NCBI GenBank assembly: GCA_048772705.1
Contig: JBLWGC010000230.1
Location: 682,001-746,000, forward strand
Source: Leidyana gryllorum EB-2025a
Taxonomy: Eukaryota > Protista > Apicomplexa
DNA length: 64,000 bases
Direction: 5' to 3'
The stretch's first letter is position 1. Each line of letters begins with the position of its first letter. Under the pieces are notes generated by a model. That model worked only from the letters and a program-made list of their open reading frames with translations. It did not search any database and was not told the origin of the DNA. Made by a program: the position numbers and the translations under genes. Positions 1 through 14,200 of the stretch are shown here, one piece after another.

Positions 1-23
1 GAAGTAGAGTAGTGGTTGCCAAG

Positions 24-1378
24 ATGAGTGCTGTATTGGAGCCTATGCGGATTAAGGGGTTGGAGCTGCCCAACAAGATGGTTCTTGCCCCCATGTGTAC
101 CTGGTTGGCTGAGCCGGGAGTGAACGAGATAACGGACCGTCACATAGTCCACTACACCAACATTGCCATGGGGGGTACGGGTTTGATCATCGTGGAGGCC
201 TCCCCCGTTGAGTACCGTGGACGCATAGATTGGAAAGACGTCGGTATCTGGTCGGATCGTCAGGTTCTGGGTTTCCGTCGCCTGAACGATATCATTCACA
301 AGACCACCAAGTCCAAGACTGGCATTCAGCTCGGCCACTGTGGGCGTAAGGGGAATGGGCGCGATACCATGTCTCCGCACCCGCGTCAACTGGGACCCAA
401 CGACGAGCACGGAGCCACCAGCATCGCCCCCAGCGCCATTGCTTTCCATCAGGAGGGCAGAGGGCCTTACAGAACTCCCAAAGAAGCCACCATAGCCGAG
501 CTGAAGACCATCAAGAAGGCGTACATCCAAGCCGCCAAGAGAGCTGTAAAAGCGGGCTTCGATATGATTGAGATCCACAGTGCCCACGGGTATCTGCTCT
601 GCTCTTTCACCAGTCCCCTGTCCAACCAACGTACCGATCAGTACGGTGGCTCTCTCGAAAATCGATGCCGCTTCCCTCTGGAAGTGGTCCAAGCGGTTCG
701 CGAAGTCATCCCCAAAAACATGCCCTTGTTCGTCCGCATCTCGGCCTCCGAGTGGATTGAGGGCGGATTCACCCCGGAAGACAGTATCTACTACTCCAAA
801 GAGCTCGTCAAGGCGGGAGCAGATATGATTCATGTCAGCTCCGGGGCCAACAGTGCTGATCAAATGCTCCCGGAAGGGAAGCATTTCCAGATCCCGTTGG
901 CCGAACGGATCAAAAAGGAGGCCGGGGTCCCCGTGGTAGCTGTTGGAGACATTGATGATCTCAGCTATGCTGATGAGATCATTAAGAGCAACAAAGCCGA
1001 TATGGTGGCCGTTGGCCGAGCACTTCTCAACAACCCCTACTGGCTCAGGAATGAGGCCGCTCGTCTCAGCTTGGAACAGGCGGACAACATGTGCCCCAAA
1101 TATCAGGCCTACGCCTACGGCTCTGTCCGTAAGGCCACCATGAAGGGCGCGTTGGGCAAAATACTGCAAGACGGCGCCACCTCCGACGCCAGCTTTGGAA
1201 CTCGCTCGCTGAAAAGTCTCGCTGAGAAAAGCGTTTCAGAGGCCACAGGAGGGTAAGTCTTTGTCGAATCGAACCCCCCTCCTTCGCAAATACGCCTTTC
1301 ACCTTACGCAGGCGCAATGGAGTCTTTATCTGCTGTGTTCAGCAGACCTTTGCCACCGACAATGAGTTTGTCCATTAA
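24..1378 (+). CDS. NADH:flavin oxidoreductase / old yellow enzyme, YqjM/NamA subclass
   Basis: Motifs LAPMC (Cys typical of the YqjM class), GIQLGHCGRK, GFDMIEIHSAHGYLL, NQRTDQYGGSLENR and DMVAVGRALL. ATG at 24. A probable intron 1253-1311 (gtaagt...cgcag) adds a short last exon ending TAA at 1378. Confidence 0.92.
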
Positions 1379-1428
1379 AATTAATTCGTACAATTTCTGA
1401 TCGACGGATCGATCCAATTTTTCTTGCA

Positions 1429-2006
1429 TTATTCGTGATATACTTCGCCAGCCGTCGACTCTCCACCCATCCAAGCCCCCCTCCCGGCTTTAGATACATT
1501 CAGAGTCGGTAATTTTATGCCCAATCGCTTTGGTGCCGCCACCTTTGGCGGTGGCCGATACGATTCCCACCCTGATGACGATGAAGTACTCGAACTCGAC
1601 GACCCAATCGAGTAGTTTGGATCTGATTCAGCGGATGCCACTATCACAGCAACCTGTTCTTTGATTTTCCGATCACTTGACGGCTCACTGCAGCAAAAGG
1701 GAACAGTCGCACAGTCGTCTCGCCATAATCCAATACTCACTTTTGCTCCACAGTTTTGATCTGACGGCCCTGCAACCGTAACCGTTCTCGCTGAACAACC
1801 AAAACAGTCTCATGCAGCTCATCCCATTGATAATCTATCATCGGCATCGCCGGATCGAAAGGGGGAGGTGACGATGTCGGCTTCGGCACCAACAGCTTCC
1901 CCTTCCGATACGACCGAAAACACGAGTCAGCTAACCGAGTTGCTGATCTCAGAGCCTGCAGACCCTGGTGCATTGATGTAAATGCCTCAATAGATTTTGC
2001 TGTCAT
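1429..2006 (-). CDS. hypothetical protein, 2 exons
   Basis: ORFs 1737-2033 and 1429-1740 join in frame across intron 1740-1688 (gtgagt...tgcag). Start is ATG 2006 or 1973. Confidence 0.6.
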
Positions 2007-2038
2007 AATGCCACATGCCACGCAAGCACACACCCCTC

Positions 2039-2215
2039 ATGCTTTGGACAGCTTTAGTTACTCTCGCCATCATGGCCGCAATCATCGAGTCAGGCTTCTG
2101 CTTTCGCCAATACTACCTCCACAAAAGAGCCCGCTTCCGCAATAACGTCGCTCCAGGCTTCTATGTGGAGGAACATGACTGCTGCGAGGTCTTGTGCGGC
2201 TACCCATTGTCGTGA
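2039..2215 (+). CDS. putative small single-pass membrane protein (58 aa; 66 aa from ATG 2015)
   Basis: MLWTALVTLAIMAAIIESGFCF hydrophobic helix, then a basic stretch (RQYYLHKRARFR) and a Cys-rich tail (DCCEVLC). The stop is 3 nt before the DNA-PKcs ATG. Confidence 0.45.
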   Translation: MLWTALVTLAIMAAIIESGFCFRQYYLHKRARFRNNVAPGFYVEEHDCCEVLCGYPLS

Positions 2216-2218
2216 AAA

Positions 2219-5200
2219 ATGTCCTCCGTTGTACAATTCCTCTCCCTTTTGGTACAGGAATGCGATACAACACAGGAACAGAGCCTACAACGGGCTATCG
2301 CACGCCTCAAGGAGCTCGAGTATTCTAATGCACGTTCGGAGTATGCAAATATCCTCTGGTCCGCTGACCAAACCATCAATCAATCGCTACTCGATGACCT
2401 GTTATTGGGGACCCAAGACAGCCTGCTATCATTGACAGGTGAGCTACCGACGAAGCACTCCGTTGCCAACACACACGTGTGCTTCGCATCCCTACAGAAA
2501 CACTGAGTTTGAAAGACTTGGCCGACATCAAATCTGCTCGCGACTTTGTCAGCACGGCTCTGGGAGTCTTCGCTTCGTTTGCCCTGGCCTACGCACCGTT
2601 GTCTAGTCGCTCCTACACACGGATTATCAAGTGCGCTATCAAACATGCCAGTTGGAACGAGCATGCTGTGTGGCGGTTGAGATGTTCGGCGCTGGAAGCG
2701 CTGCAAAGTATGATAGAACCTCTCGATGATGGTGATTCCGGTTCAAGACATGCTCTGACGGCAATCAGTATCCGTACAGTCGAGAAGATGGCAGAGACTG
2801 AACTGACGCCTTCCGAGATGAAGCTACATGCTAAATGCGATTCTATGATAGATGTCACCTTGAAACTATTCGTGAGAGACTTGAAGGTCAAAAGCGCAGC
2901 AGCGATGGGATCAACGTTGCGCGGGCAATTGATTCTAACTGCAACCTCACTATTGGCTGATTACATAGCTGTAGACGGGGACAATGTGCGAGACGAAACA
3001 TTGTTACAAGACATCAATGGGGCGGTCAGAACGCTGATGACCTTTCAACTCCAGGCTCTCAAAGAGCAGCTGAGTAATACTTCTCGATCTGCACCCTCTG
3101 GTGTGACTCTCGAGACAACTTTCAAGTCCGGAGTGAAACTCCTGGACGTTCTGTAAGGAACTCTCAATAACTCGTGTCTAATAGTGGTTGCCAGAACGAG
3201 CTATGCCGTCTCCGAGCGCTTGGAGAAGGGGCAAGAAGATCAGTTGGTTGATGGGCTGTGGAAACTGGCCACAGTGACATTGAATCCAGCTTGGGATACG
3301 CAGTTCGGCCGTAAGAGCCAGAAGCTGGTGGTACTCAAAGGCCTGACCAAACACCTCGGGGTCTTCTCTGCCAAACTGAGAGAGGATTTTCACCGTCTAA
3401 TTGACCGCGATGGAGACGTCTGGAAGCTCCTCAGTTCATCCAACTCAGCGTCTCTTCAGCCGCAGCGAAAAAGAGCCCGCAGATCGCCTTTGGACCCGGC
3501 GAGTCGCCATCTCGCTGCAGTTCCACAGCTTCTGGATCACTTGATTTCGGCCATTGGGAGCCATGAGGACAAGTTCAGTTATGAGATAGGAAGCGCTCTC
3601 TGTGAGGTTGTTATTGCTTTCGTGGGCGAGTACAACGGTGTCCTCATCAAGCTTCAATCTGAGGAGTCCGACCAGGAATCTCGCACAGAATGCATTCTGA
3701 GTGTGTTGGCGATCTTCAGTCGCGTGGTCAACGAGCTGGACGCCGGAAAAGAGGTGCTATTGGCCGCAACTGGCACCCGCAGTGAGTTCAGCGAGACAAT
3801 GGCACACATATGTTCCCTTCGCAGGTACCAACTTTGATCGAATGTGCTTCTTCGGTCGCATATACTGTGCTCTAATACTGCCCTTATGCCTCTTGGATCA
3901 CTGGGCTGCCGATATACCCATCCTTTCGATGGCGGAGATCGAAGAGGAGATAGGACCTCCTGGGCGACATTTGAGATATCTCCATTTGCTTCAGCCCGAA
4001 CAGTTGCCCGGGATATCAACGCCCTCCGCTGTAGCAATGGACGGAGAGGAAATGCAAGACGAAGATACGGACCACCGTATACAGAGCACGCGCGCCTATG
4101 TGCTCTCAACGACATCAGAACCCTTTCAAACGGTGCTGTCACATTTGATAGACGACGAGAATGCAGCGGGTTCCACGTGGGTGAGCCGATTGATTTATCA
4201 ATATTGCATCGACAATCACCGCCCCTCAGCGACTTGGCAGAGTTCTTGATTTGTTGGGAAGCTTCGTCGTGGCACAGGGGTATTTAGACTCGGTTACGCA
4301 AGGCGAGTTGGAGGAGGACACTCAAGAGCTGTTGAATACATTGACGCGAGCTATTTTGCGAGTCTTAGAAGTTGTGGCACCTAAGGGCAGCATCATGTTT
4401 CTGGCTAAGTCTGTTGATTTACTGATCTGCAACCTCACGTCCTCCGAGGTTCTGAGTGCCTCGAGTACCTGCAAACGCCAGATTGAAGACCTTTTGATCC
4501 CGTTGATTCGTGCGCGTGAGTTTGTTCGCTCCCCGTCTCCGTCTCCGAACACACCTGAATTTGCTGGCAGTGGCGTTAACGGACAAACTTGTTGACGAAG
4601 AGCAATACAGGAGCCTCTGGGATTCCCTCAATGTGCGTCCGTTGATCATCAGCGCCACTGCCCCCCTCATGACCGACTTATGGCAGCAAGCGCGCAAGTT
4701 CGAGGCGTTGCTTCCAACACCAGCAACTTTGAGCCTTATCGGTTCTGAGTGTGCAAAGATGGACTCCAGTTTGACTCAGCACAGTCTGGCCGTATTCTCG
4801 ACGGGGGGCGGATTTGGTGGCAGCGTTCTCCTCGAGTCCATGCCTCTGTCCCAAGCCGGGAGTGTTGGTCAGCAGCAACAGAGTGCGATGAACGGAGATC
4901 TGTTTGTGGAGTGTCGCGCGCACCGTAACTTGCACGAAGCTTTGTTGCAAGTCCAGACGATTGAAGACTGCGGTCGGAAAGCGGAGCGAATCAGCGCGCA
5001 GATCCTTCAGAAAAGCACAATAGATGCGTCAGCTGATTTGATTAGTGAGGCTGAAAAGGTGTCTCTGCAAGTGATTATCGAACAAGCGAAGTTTCTGGCC
5101 AGTAACATCTCACATCCACTGACTCGTGTATATCTCAATGCCATTATCGCCGGCATCATCCCTCGATGGCCATTATTGGAGAAGGCCTACACGCAGTTTC

Positions 5201-8200
5201 AAGAGAGTTTGTCGCAGATTTGTGTCGCTGTGACTCCTTTACTGCTGGAAGAGGCGAGTGGGGATTCGGGGAATATACATTGGAATTCAACAGCATTGGA
5301 TTGGCTGAGCCTCCTTCGAAGTCGAGCGACCAATGAAATCGACTTTGTACAGTTACTGGAAGATAACACCAAAAAGCCGTGCACCAATACAGGAGAATGG
5401 ATCAATAGCACGGCAGTCCCACTGGTGATCGCCTTTCATGGCGAGATGAAGATGGATGAATGGGTTCAACTTGGTAAGGCGTGCTGCTTTGCCTTCTTAT
5501 GCGATTTCGGTATGGTACAGTGTCGTGGGCAATGGAAGGGACACGAAACTCGGGAACTCAGCGTCTGTTAGCGTTGTTGCGAGCGGTGCAACTGGCTTTG
5601 AATGAGCGCGTCGGACTTTTGAAGATGGAGCCGGACTTGTCCCATCCGATTCGAGATCGAGTCTGGCGCAGCCTTGCAAAGCTGCCTCTCGAATGTGATG
5701 AAGCGGCGGGAGGCGAGCGCTCCTGCGTCCATTTAGCGGTTGACATCATAACGCAACTCGCTCTGGGAGACGACACTTGCGGCTCCTCAGCGTGTGAGGA
5801 GCCGCCTCTTCAGCGTTTGAGGGGCGAGCAAATTGACGAGTTGACTCAACAAATGGTCTCGAGCGAGACGAGTCTGCGCCTCGAGGGACCGACGGGATAT
5901 CCGGCGTTGGCTGATGGCGCAGCTCAAATCAGATTCTCACTGATTCGCCACATTCCCCACAGCAACGTGGTTTACGATGCCATGTTGGACCTGTTAGAAA
6001 AGAGTGTGTCTCGGCTGTTGACCGACGCCGATCCCTCCGGGAGTGAAGAAAGGTTCAAAGAGCTCGAGAACGCGGCAAACGGACTGAGTCGCATCTTCAC
6101 TTTTGGGGTTCAGTCATCTGCGGAGCTCAAGTCGACTGTCACAGAACGCGTTGGCAACATGGCGGCATTGATCACTTCTGACCAGGCGAGGGTGACAAAG
6201 AAGGATCCCTGGAGATCAAAGGCCATCAGTACTTTGTTCAACATGCTGTCAAAGGCGTGGCAGTACAGTACAGCTGGGCCTAATGGCACTCAAGTGTTTC
6301 GGGTGCTCTCTTTTCGGGCTTTACGAGCTTTGGTTCGGCTATACGCCACTACAGATGACTCCTTTACTGCCCGGGAAGATGTCGACCGGTTATTCCGAAC
6401 AGTTATCACTCAATCATTTGGCCCCAACAATGCGATCGTATTACACTGGAACCTTCTTCAGGCGATCTCCTCCATTGTGCAGTCTGAAGGGAAGGCGGTC
6501 AACAAGGAGAGGATCAGTAGTGATCTATTGATGCATCTGTCGGCTACGACGGCGGAAGATTCGCCGTTGAATGTCGCCTCAATGGCCCTCGCCCAGAGTC
6601 TTATGATCAAATTGGGTATAAAGATTCCCTCCGGTGAACCGACAAAGTCTATGCTGCCGACGAGTGATGACGGACGCGTGTGTGCGGGTCAGTTGCTGAG
6701 ACTTTCGCGATTCAAAGTCAACGAGTTACGACATTACGTCGCCTCATTGCCGACGATACTTCCCAAAGTGCATTCTTTCGAAGGCGCTCTCGACATTGTT
6801 GAGGTGGCAGTCGAGATTGCCGAACAGCTGAATTCGGTCAAGGAGTGGCGTGACTCGGGAGGCGTCTATCACAATCTGATTGAATTACTGAAAGCCCCCC
6901 ATTTGACGCGGCCCATCCCTTCGCTCAGCCGTCTGATGACAGTGATCAAGAACGTCTGTTGGCCGGCTGTGCAGAAGCAGCGAGAGTGTCGTGCCTGGAT
7001 ACAGAAGCTGATGGAGGGGTGTATGGAAGTTTCACTATTAGTCGATGGCCCGGAGACCGCTGATTTGGATTTGTGGAGTGATTGGAGCGCTCGGAGGAAC
7101 TTTTTCGTCGAAACTCGTGAGATGTGGAGTGATCTGGAGAACGAACGAATCGACTTTGTCGCGTGGTTCAACGATCAACCGACAACAAAGAAGCAGAGTT
7201 TGACCACTCTTCTCAATGTACTCCTCATCAGCTGGACTCAGCGTGAGGGCACACTGCACGTTCCGGATACACTGCGCCGACTCAAATGGAAGCCCGCGCA
7301 AGACCATCTGGGAGGGTCCAATCGACTACTGCATTCCTTTGTCCAAAATATCGGTACAATCGATCGCGCAATTGACCTGTTTCAGGCCTCAGCTAGCTGG
7401 TGGGCGTACAGCGGTGGGAAAGTTCGCAGCGGCAATGAAGGCAGGAAGCCTCCGCCTGAGGAGGTGATGATAGTGGAGATGTATTTGATGGCGCTTCGAT
7501 CCTATGGAGCGGGTCTGAAAATTCGAGCGGGCCCCAAGACGGAAAGAGTCGCCAAACTGAGTCTTCTGCGAGCTGTGCAGTCCTCTGCCGTTGACAAATC
7601 GGTCCAACTGACGGCCACGAGCGCCAGTGTCGCCAAAGACGTCCTCCCTGGTCTGTTGGAGTCTTTGTGGAATGAGGAAGTGTCACCAACGGACATTAAA
7701 GAACACCGCCAGTGGCTGCTGCAGGCCACACTGCGGTGTTCCCAATGGCTGAGACAGCTGCACGATCTCAGAGTCACTGACGAGGGGCTCAAGAGTGAGG
7801 CGTTGGCATTTCTGTGCCACGTTGAAAAGGTGGCATTGAGCCACAGCGGTGATCAGATTTTGACTCCGACGAGCGGCAGGAGATCTCTGTCGACAGAAGT
7901 GGAGATCGCATGGCGTCCGAGTGATATACAGAAAGTCACCCGACTCTGTATTCCATTCTCTGTGGATCTTCGCGCCGATGACGACTTTGAGAACATTGTC
8001 ACTCTATTGCGGGACCGGTTGGTGGAGAATCTGAGTGACTCTGTGGCCACCAAAGATTATTCACTAATGACACGAACGGCTCGGATTCACGTTCAACAGC
8101 CAATGGCTCTCCATTTTGCGTTGGTTCAGGCCTTCGCGGACGCATGTCAACGATCGCGGAATTTCGCATCTGATGATGTACGACTCGCTCGGGTCGCTGA

Positions 8201-11200
8201 TCTCGCTGCATTGGTCTCTACGCTCTGTCTTCGACGTCAGCCCTCTGTCACCAATCAGATCATCACCGGGTATCACACACCGTACCGATTGGCTGAGAGT
8301 ATTCTGGGATTGGCTCAGGAAAGTATTGGGACTCGCTTCGAGTACAACTTGAGAGGACGTCTCTCTCAGTCGATACTGCTCAATGTTCCCCCGCCAGTGC
8401 TCTCGCAGCTGGTCATCATGGCTCTGACACATTTCCATTCCTCTCTGCTCAAAGACTGCTCCCGATATGTCAATGACAAGACTGATGACCGAATGATCGC
8501 TGCATTAATGACAGTCGATGATGAGCTCAAACGTTACATCGCCCCTTTGGTCGTTCAGACACCAACGGCTGCGTCCTTTGAATTGAGTTTGGACAGACAA
8601 CACCCTGTCTTAGAGGGCGCGTTCACATACATTTGGGTACCTGCTGTCCATACATATCTGACCTCGCGTCACGTGGATCCGGCACAACAAGTCGCCTTTG
8701 CCCTCAACTTGCTCTCGGGAGTCTGGGAGTGGAGTCTGACAACGTTCCCTCTGCTGCCACAGTCAACAATGCCCACTGACAAAAAAGACGCCTTTGGACG
8801 AATGCTCGACTTGATGCTTCTTGACGGTCCTTGGGTCCAGCGTTCGACCGATGTCGATGAGTTGTTACCCTCTGTTCTGCGTCTCACTTTGGTTTCGCTC
8901 CATTTGCGGTCCATTGTCGCTCGTCTCGTTGGACTTTGTGTCGCGAGACTGGGCCGTCAACACATACCTTCGGCCCAAACACTGATCCCACCCGGCAACA
9001 ACGCCAAGTCGGCCAGTCAATATTTGGCCAAGGAATTATACAATCGACTCGAGAACGCCCGGCATCTCTCAGAATGGTTACACAACTGGATACTGACAGA
9101 GTTTGCCCCGATTCCACCGACCGTCAAGTTGGCAGTGGTGAGGGGGGCAGCCAGCTCACTGAGTTCGGCCATGAAGATTCAGACGGGTCAAGTCGTCCTT
9201 TGGTATTTGGCCTCGGATCGGTGTCTTGGAGACCTTTTAGAGTCTGAAACTGAGGCACTGCTCACAATTCTCTGCAGCACTCAATCAAATCCGTCGAAAC
9301 TTCTGCCAAACTGGGTGCTCAAACCGGATGTGTGGAAATTCATCTGTCGGCGGAGCCTTCTCCGACTGATACCTCCCTCACAGGTCGCTTTGGCCTACGC
9401 CAGACAGGTACTCCCTGAGAACCCCACTGGAAACGCCCCCATAACCATTCGAGGGACACTGGCGAACGCCATCGGGAGTCGGAGGTGTCCCACCGACATT
9501 ATTCTCTTCGATGTCAATCAAACCGGCCCACCGACACTCGTCCGGTACCTATCGCGTCGCTGTTATGCGGGACAGCCTCTGTCGTTCGTCCATCCCAGAC
9601 AGAGGACAGGCACGACTAAAGCTGCGAGCTTCCGACTCGACACCAGTCGCAGCAAAGCCGCATTGGGAACCGCTGTTCTTCAAGTACGGGGCGGACTGAC
9701 TTCGTCACTCAGCCTCCTACCCACCGTCTCGAATGTATCACCCACGCCTGACACAGAAAATGCACTATCCGCCCCCCTTCAGGCGCCCCAACACCTCAGC
9801 CGTTTAGCAGCCGGTCTCAGCCCGCTGCAGGCTGCCCTGCTGGGCTTCACTCGCGCCTCCGCCGACCCCTCAGTTTCTTCTGATGCTGAGAGTGTCTTTC
9901 GACTGGAGGCAATGGAGCCGACGTGGGTCGCAGTCTCTGAGGTGACCGCACTACTCCTCAAGATTCTCGACGCGCACTCCGGCCGTCCTGATGAGCTCAA
10001 AATCTTTCTGGCGGCGATCAATGACCAATTCCTCACCCCACCAATCGACAGTGCCGATTCAGAACCGCCGGCCTTGGAGAGCAAGGCTTCTTTCGAAAGT
10101 GGACTTGCGAGCATCTGTTTGGGACATGAGCCCGAATTAAACGCCTTGAATTGCTGCTTATACACCGCCACCGCTGCCATGGGACTGGGCATTGACTTCA
10201 AGTACTGTCCTATGACGGTTTCCAATGTCCACTGGGTCCTCAAGTACAGCGTGGCATATGCGATAGGCCTTAGACGCGCACTGTTGAGCGAAGCGATCCA
10301 GGGTGCCGAAGTAGCAGACGCCGTTCAGATATTGACTTCTCTGGCTCGCATATACACATCAATCTGGGGAGAACCGAATCAGAATGTCTGGCTCTGCCGA
10401 GACACTGTGGCCAGCCTCACAATGTGCCTCAAATCCTTCAACGATGCGGTGGAAGACAAGCAGCTCTCGAAAGATGTTATACCAACCACACTTACGACGC
10501 CTGTTTTCGGTGTCCTAAAGTCACAAGCCCGCATTACGTCGGACCCCGACGCCTTTTGGTCCAGGTAAGTGTTCCAGTACCCTGGGAGACACCAGTGTGC
10601 ACACACTATTTTGGCGATGCAGCGTGCAGTTGAGGGTCACTCAAGAACTTGCGGTTGAAGCGGTGAGGCTTTTGAAAGCCCGCGATCTCTCTAATCCATC
10701 GGAGCAAGTCCGTGCTGTGGTCAATCTTGTCGGCAAGATGGTCTGCGTGAAAGGGGTGACCGACCAAGCTCTGATATTCAAGAAAACGGGAATCCGTTTG
10801 TTGGCTGCACTTATGGAAACCGCTGCGAGCCGTGTGTTGGGATGGGACTCACTCGGGGCCAACCCATTGCCGAAGACCTCCTTCTTTCAACTCCCGGCTG
10901 AGGTGTATGGAGCTGTTCTCAAGGCTTTATCCCTGATCAAGTTGGGCGAAGTGACACTGAAAGCAGCCGCGTGTCTGATAGGCATCCATCTGGCTGCTTA
11001 TCCTCCCTCTCTGAATGATGAAAAGCACAAATTAGTCGTCAAGGCATTTGAAGAACAACATGATACCGGTGCTCTATCGATCACTTTCGGTACTTTGATG
11101 TTGATGGCCCCTATCGTGGCGTTGGACAGCACTGGCACTGCTTTATCGGCCGCTGCGGTACGGTTCACAACTAGTTTCGCCGAAGCGCTGGATGGGGCTC

Positions 11201-14200
11201 AAACGGCAAGTCTGTTGGGGCCAACATTGGGGACTTCAATGTCCAACGAAGCGAGTGCAACAAGACAATCGATCACCTACATACGCCGATCGCTGTGGGC
11301 GATTACCAGTTGGTTAAATCGCCGAAGACGATGTCTGAGTGGGAAGCTCGAAGATCTGATGTTGAGGTGTGTGTCCACGGAAGCCTTGGAACGGGCCACG
11401 GCTGCCGCAGCGTCGGGCATCGACGATATCGAGTTTGACCTGGGCTCAAGCGTCACGGACCTCTTGTTGGGCGAGCAGATATTCAACTCGTGTCTCTCCA
11501 GGCTGGGATGGGAGCTGTTGCTGAGTGTTCCAGAAGTGAAATTACCGACCAAAGACACCGACGCTCTTATCGGCTGTAAGCTGTCTTTGCGACAACTGAC
11601 ATTGATGGCCATTCAAGTGGCATTGGATTGGGGATTGGTGGCTAACGAGTCTCTTCCAATACTGTGTGGGGAGTTCTTTGGTGCCGACCAAATGGCATTG
11701 AATGAGCGATTGAGTGCCGGAGAGCTCGCGCGACGTTTCGGCGACCGTTGGACCGCTTCGTGGCAGTCGCTTGAGGTCAAAGAATTGTCCATAGAGTTAG
11801 TGCACGGCGTGGCCGGTCAACTGTGGCGACTGCTGAGGGAACCAAGATTCGCACACGCCTGTTTGGTCCGGCCCACAGAACTGCCATTGACAATCCAAGA
11901 GGTCCGCGGAGACGACCAGCGTGCTCTGCTACGGTCGTTGTTCCCTGATCTCAGTGTCCGCAATGTGGCTGAGATGATGATCGAGTTGGTGGTGCGTCGC
12001 TCATTCCTGACAACGACCGCGGCACTGGCTGTGATCTGCAGTACGCGTTCGATCTTTAGCATCTGGATACAGATCGCTCTCAGTGTATTCGACTTGCCGA
12101 CTGTCTCCACTCCTGATGAGGGGTACGATAATTCCCCCAACCGTCGGGTGCGGAAGCAACAAGAGCATTTCAAGGAATCTATGGCAGTCCTCTCACAGCT
12201 CCCTGTCGGCATTCGCGCGTCATTAAAGAAACAAAGTCAGGCCATTGCCGACGTACTGTTGCGTGAAGGCACAATTGGATCACAGATAGAGGCCAGCGCT
12301 CTGAGTCAGACCATCATGGAGGGATGGGTCGCACCCAGAAGCCAACTTCCGGAGGCCGACACCGAGGATGGAGGCCAGACAACAGGAAGCGGCTTGCCGC
12401 CATCGACTGTCATGGAGAACTCGATCGCTACATTGGCTCCCACTACTCTGCGGAAGTCGGCAACAGAGTACGTCCGCAGTGAGAAGTATCATAGAAGCAG
12501 TGCGGCTGAACGCGACAGGGAGATACTGAAGCAGCGAGCTGAGTCCGTGGGCCGAGTTGGCACCTTTGCTGAAGCCCTGTGGGACAAAGCCCTTAGGGAC
12601 TCTCGGTTCGCAAAGGAACTGTTGACCGCCGCGCTGGTGGACACCCCCGATTCAGTGTATCCTGCAGAGCTTATGGGCAGAATGGTTGGGAGCACCCTGC
12701 ACTTTGTATCAAACTGTTTGGGTAGGACGGAGGATGGCAACAATGACATCTGTATGCCCGTTACACAGTCCAAGGAGCTATTCAGTTGGGCTCTCGATTT
12801 ATGTATCCGGGATGAAAGGATCGTCAAGAGTATCATCTCCACCATGAGCCCGCGTCAAGTCAGAGAGCTCTGCTACACTATCTTCACAATCGCCGTCCAG
12901 TTGGGGTCGGAGACGCATATCCGAAACCTCGCCACTCTGACGCTGGAAACTGTTTGCCGAGCCCTCATGGTGTCAGCCCAGGAGGACTGTGACACTTCTC
13001 TTTGTTACTATCTGAGCACATTCTGCTTGGCCCTCGCGGATCACAAAGACGTGGCCACCATGTCCGCCTGGCAGTCGGCCGCGGAATACTTCTGTGCTGA
13101 GCCCAAGGCAACCGAGCAAGATGATTTGGACGATCTGTTAGCCGGTTTGGGTGTCCTCGACCAGGGAGGCGCTGAGGGGCAGGCATGGCTCCACACTGTC
13201 CTGCAATGGCGCAAGGCGCAGTCCGAGCGGCTCGAGGGTCGCTGGGACGAAGCCCATCGTCTCTTGCTGACAATGACGACCACTGACGATGAGACAACCA
13301 GCTGGTGGAGTGCTCTGCAAGCCGAGGAAAAAGTCAAAGTGGCAATGGCACGTGAAACAGCCGATGCTTTTGATGAGATGGTTTTGGAGTCAACGTCCGC
13401 CTCCTCCTCATTGGTTGTGGATGTCGAGGCTCCAGTGACCACTTCACTTCGCGTGACAACTGAGGCGCGTAAAGCTCAAATCCGTGCATTAAAAGGTCTG
13501 GGGCCAGTGAAAGCACACACGTGTGCTGATGTCGGGAGGGTATTTCCGGTCACTGATCCATTGGTCTTTATCGATTACGCGGCACCGCTAATCGTTGACG
13601 CTGTGCGGAGCGGCGATCTGCTTGATCTGGAAGATCTTCAAACGCAAAACTGGACGAGCACTCTCCGTCTCGCGCACCAGCCATCAAGCTCAACATCATA
13701 CCTCTGCAGATTGTTGGTGTCGCTGAATGTCTTCAGACTTTACGACCCAATTGGCGACAGCTTCGACCCTCGAATTGTGGATCTGAGCCAGAAAGCTTTC
13801 TCCGCTTGGGGAAATCAGCTTTCGGTCAGTGCCCGCACCACATTATGGCAAGCGATGTGCGTTAGGAGTCGAGAGCTGATGCCAGCCGAGGAGGGTCAGT
13901 TGGCTCAGTTGATTGCTTGCGGCTTTAAAGGGGGTTTGCAATCGAAATATGTGGAGGAATTGTTACAAAGGACGTCGGCTGCTGGCGGAGGAACGTTAGC
14001 CCCTCTTCTGAGCTTCGTGGCTCTTCGGTTGCGAATCCAACAGGCTGAGGAAATGTTTGAGGGGACAGAAGCTGAGGAGGCTGTTGACCGGTTGACGGTC
14101 ATTGAGAAAGCCATCGGACGAATCCCAGCATCACACAAGGAGCGTCCAGAGATTGTTCTGCAACTCAGTCGAGTCCAACTAGACAACACTGTGGTTTACG

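Noticed and set aside
12-23. GTG/TTG starts given in the ORF track
   Set aside because: In this eukaryotic context the first suitable in-frame ATGs or splice acceptors explain the gene starts.
2219-5571. Chain of frame-shifted ORFs suggesting a pseudogene, programmed frameshifting or stop-codon reassignment
   Set aside because: Every break is resolved by a phase-correct 42-59 nt GT-AG intron, and all three stop codons end genes normally.
13496-13538. Possible cryptic intron around the exonic CACACGTGTG
   Set aside because: The splice sites are weak and the 43-nt length would break the long open frame.
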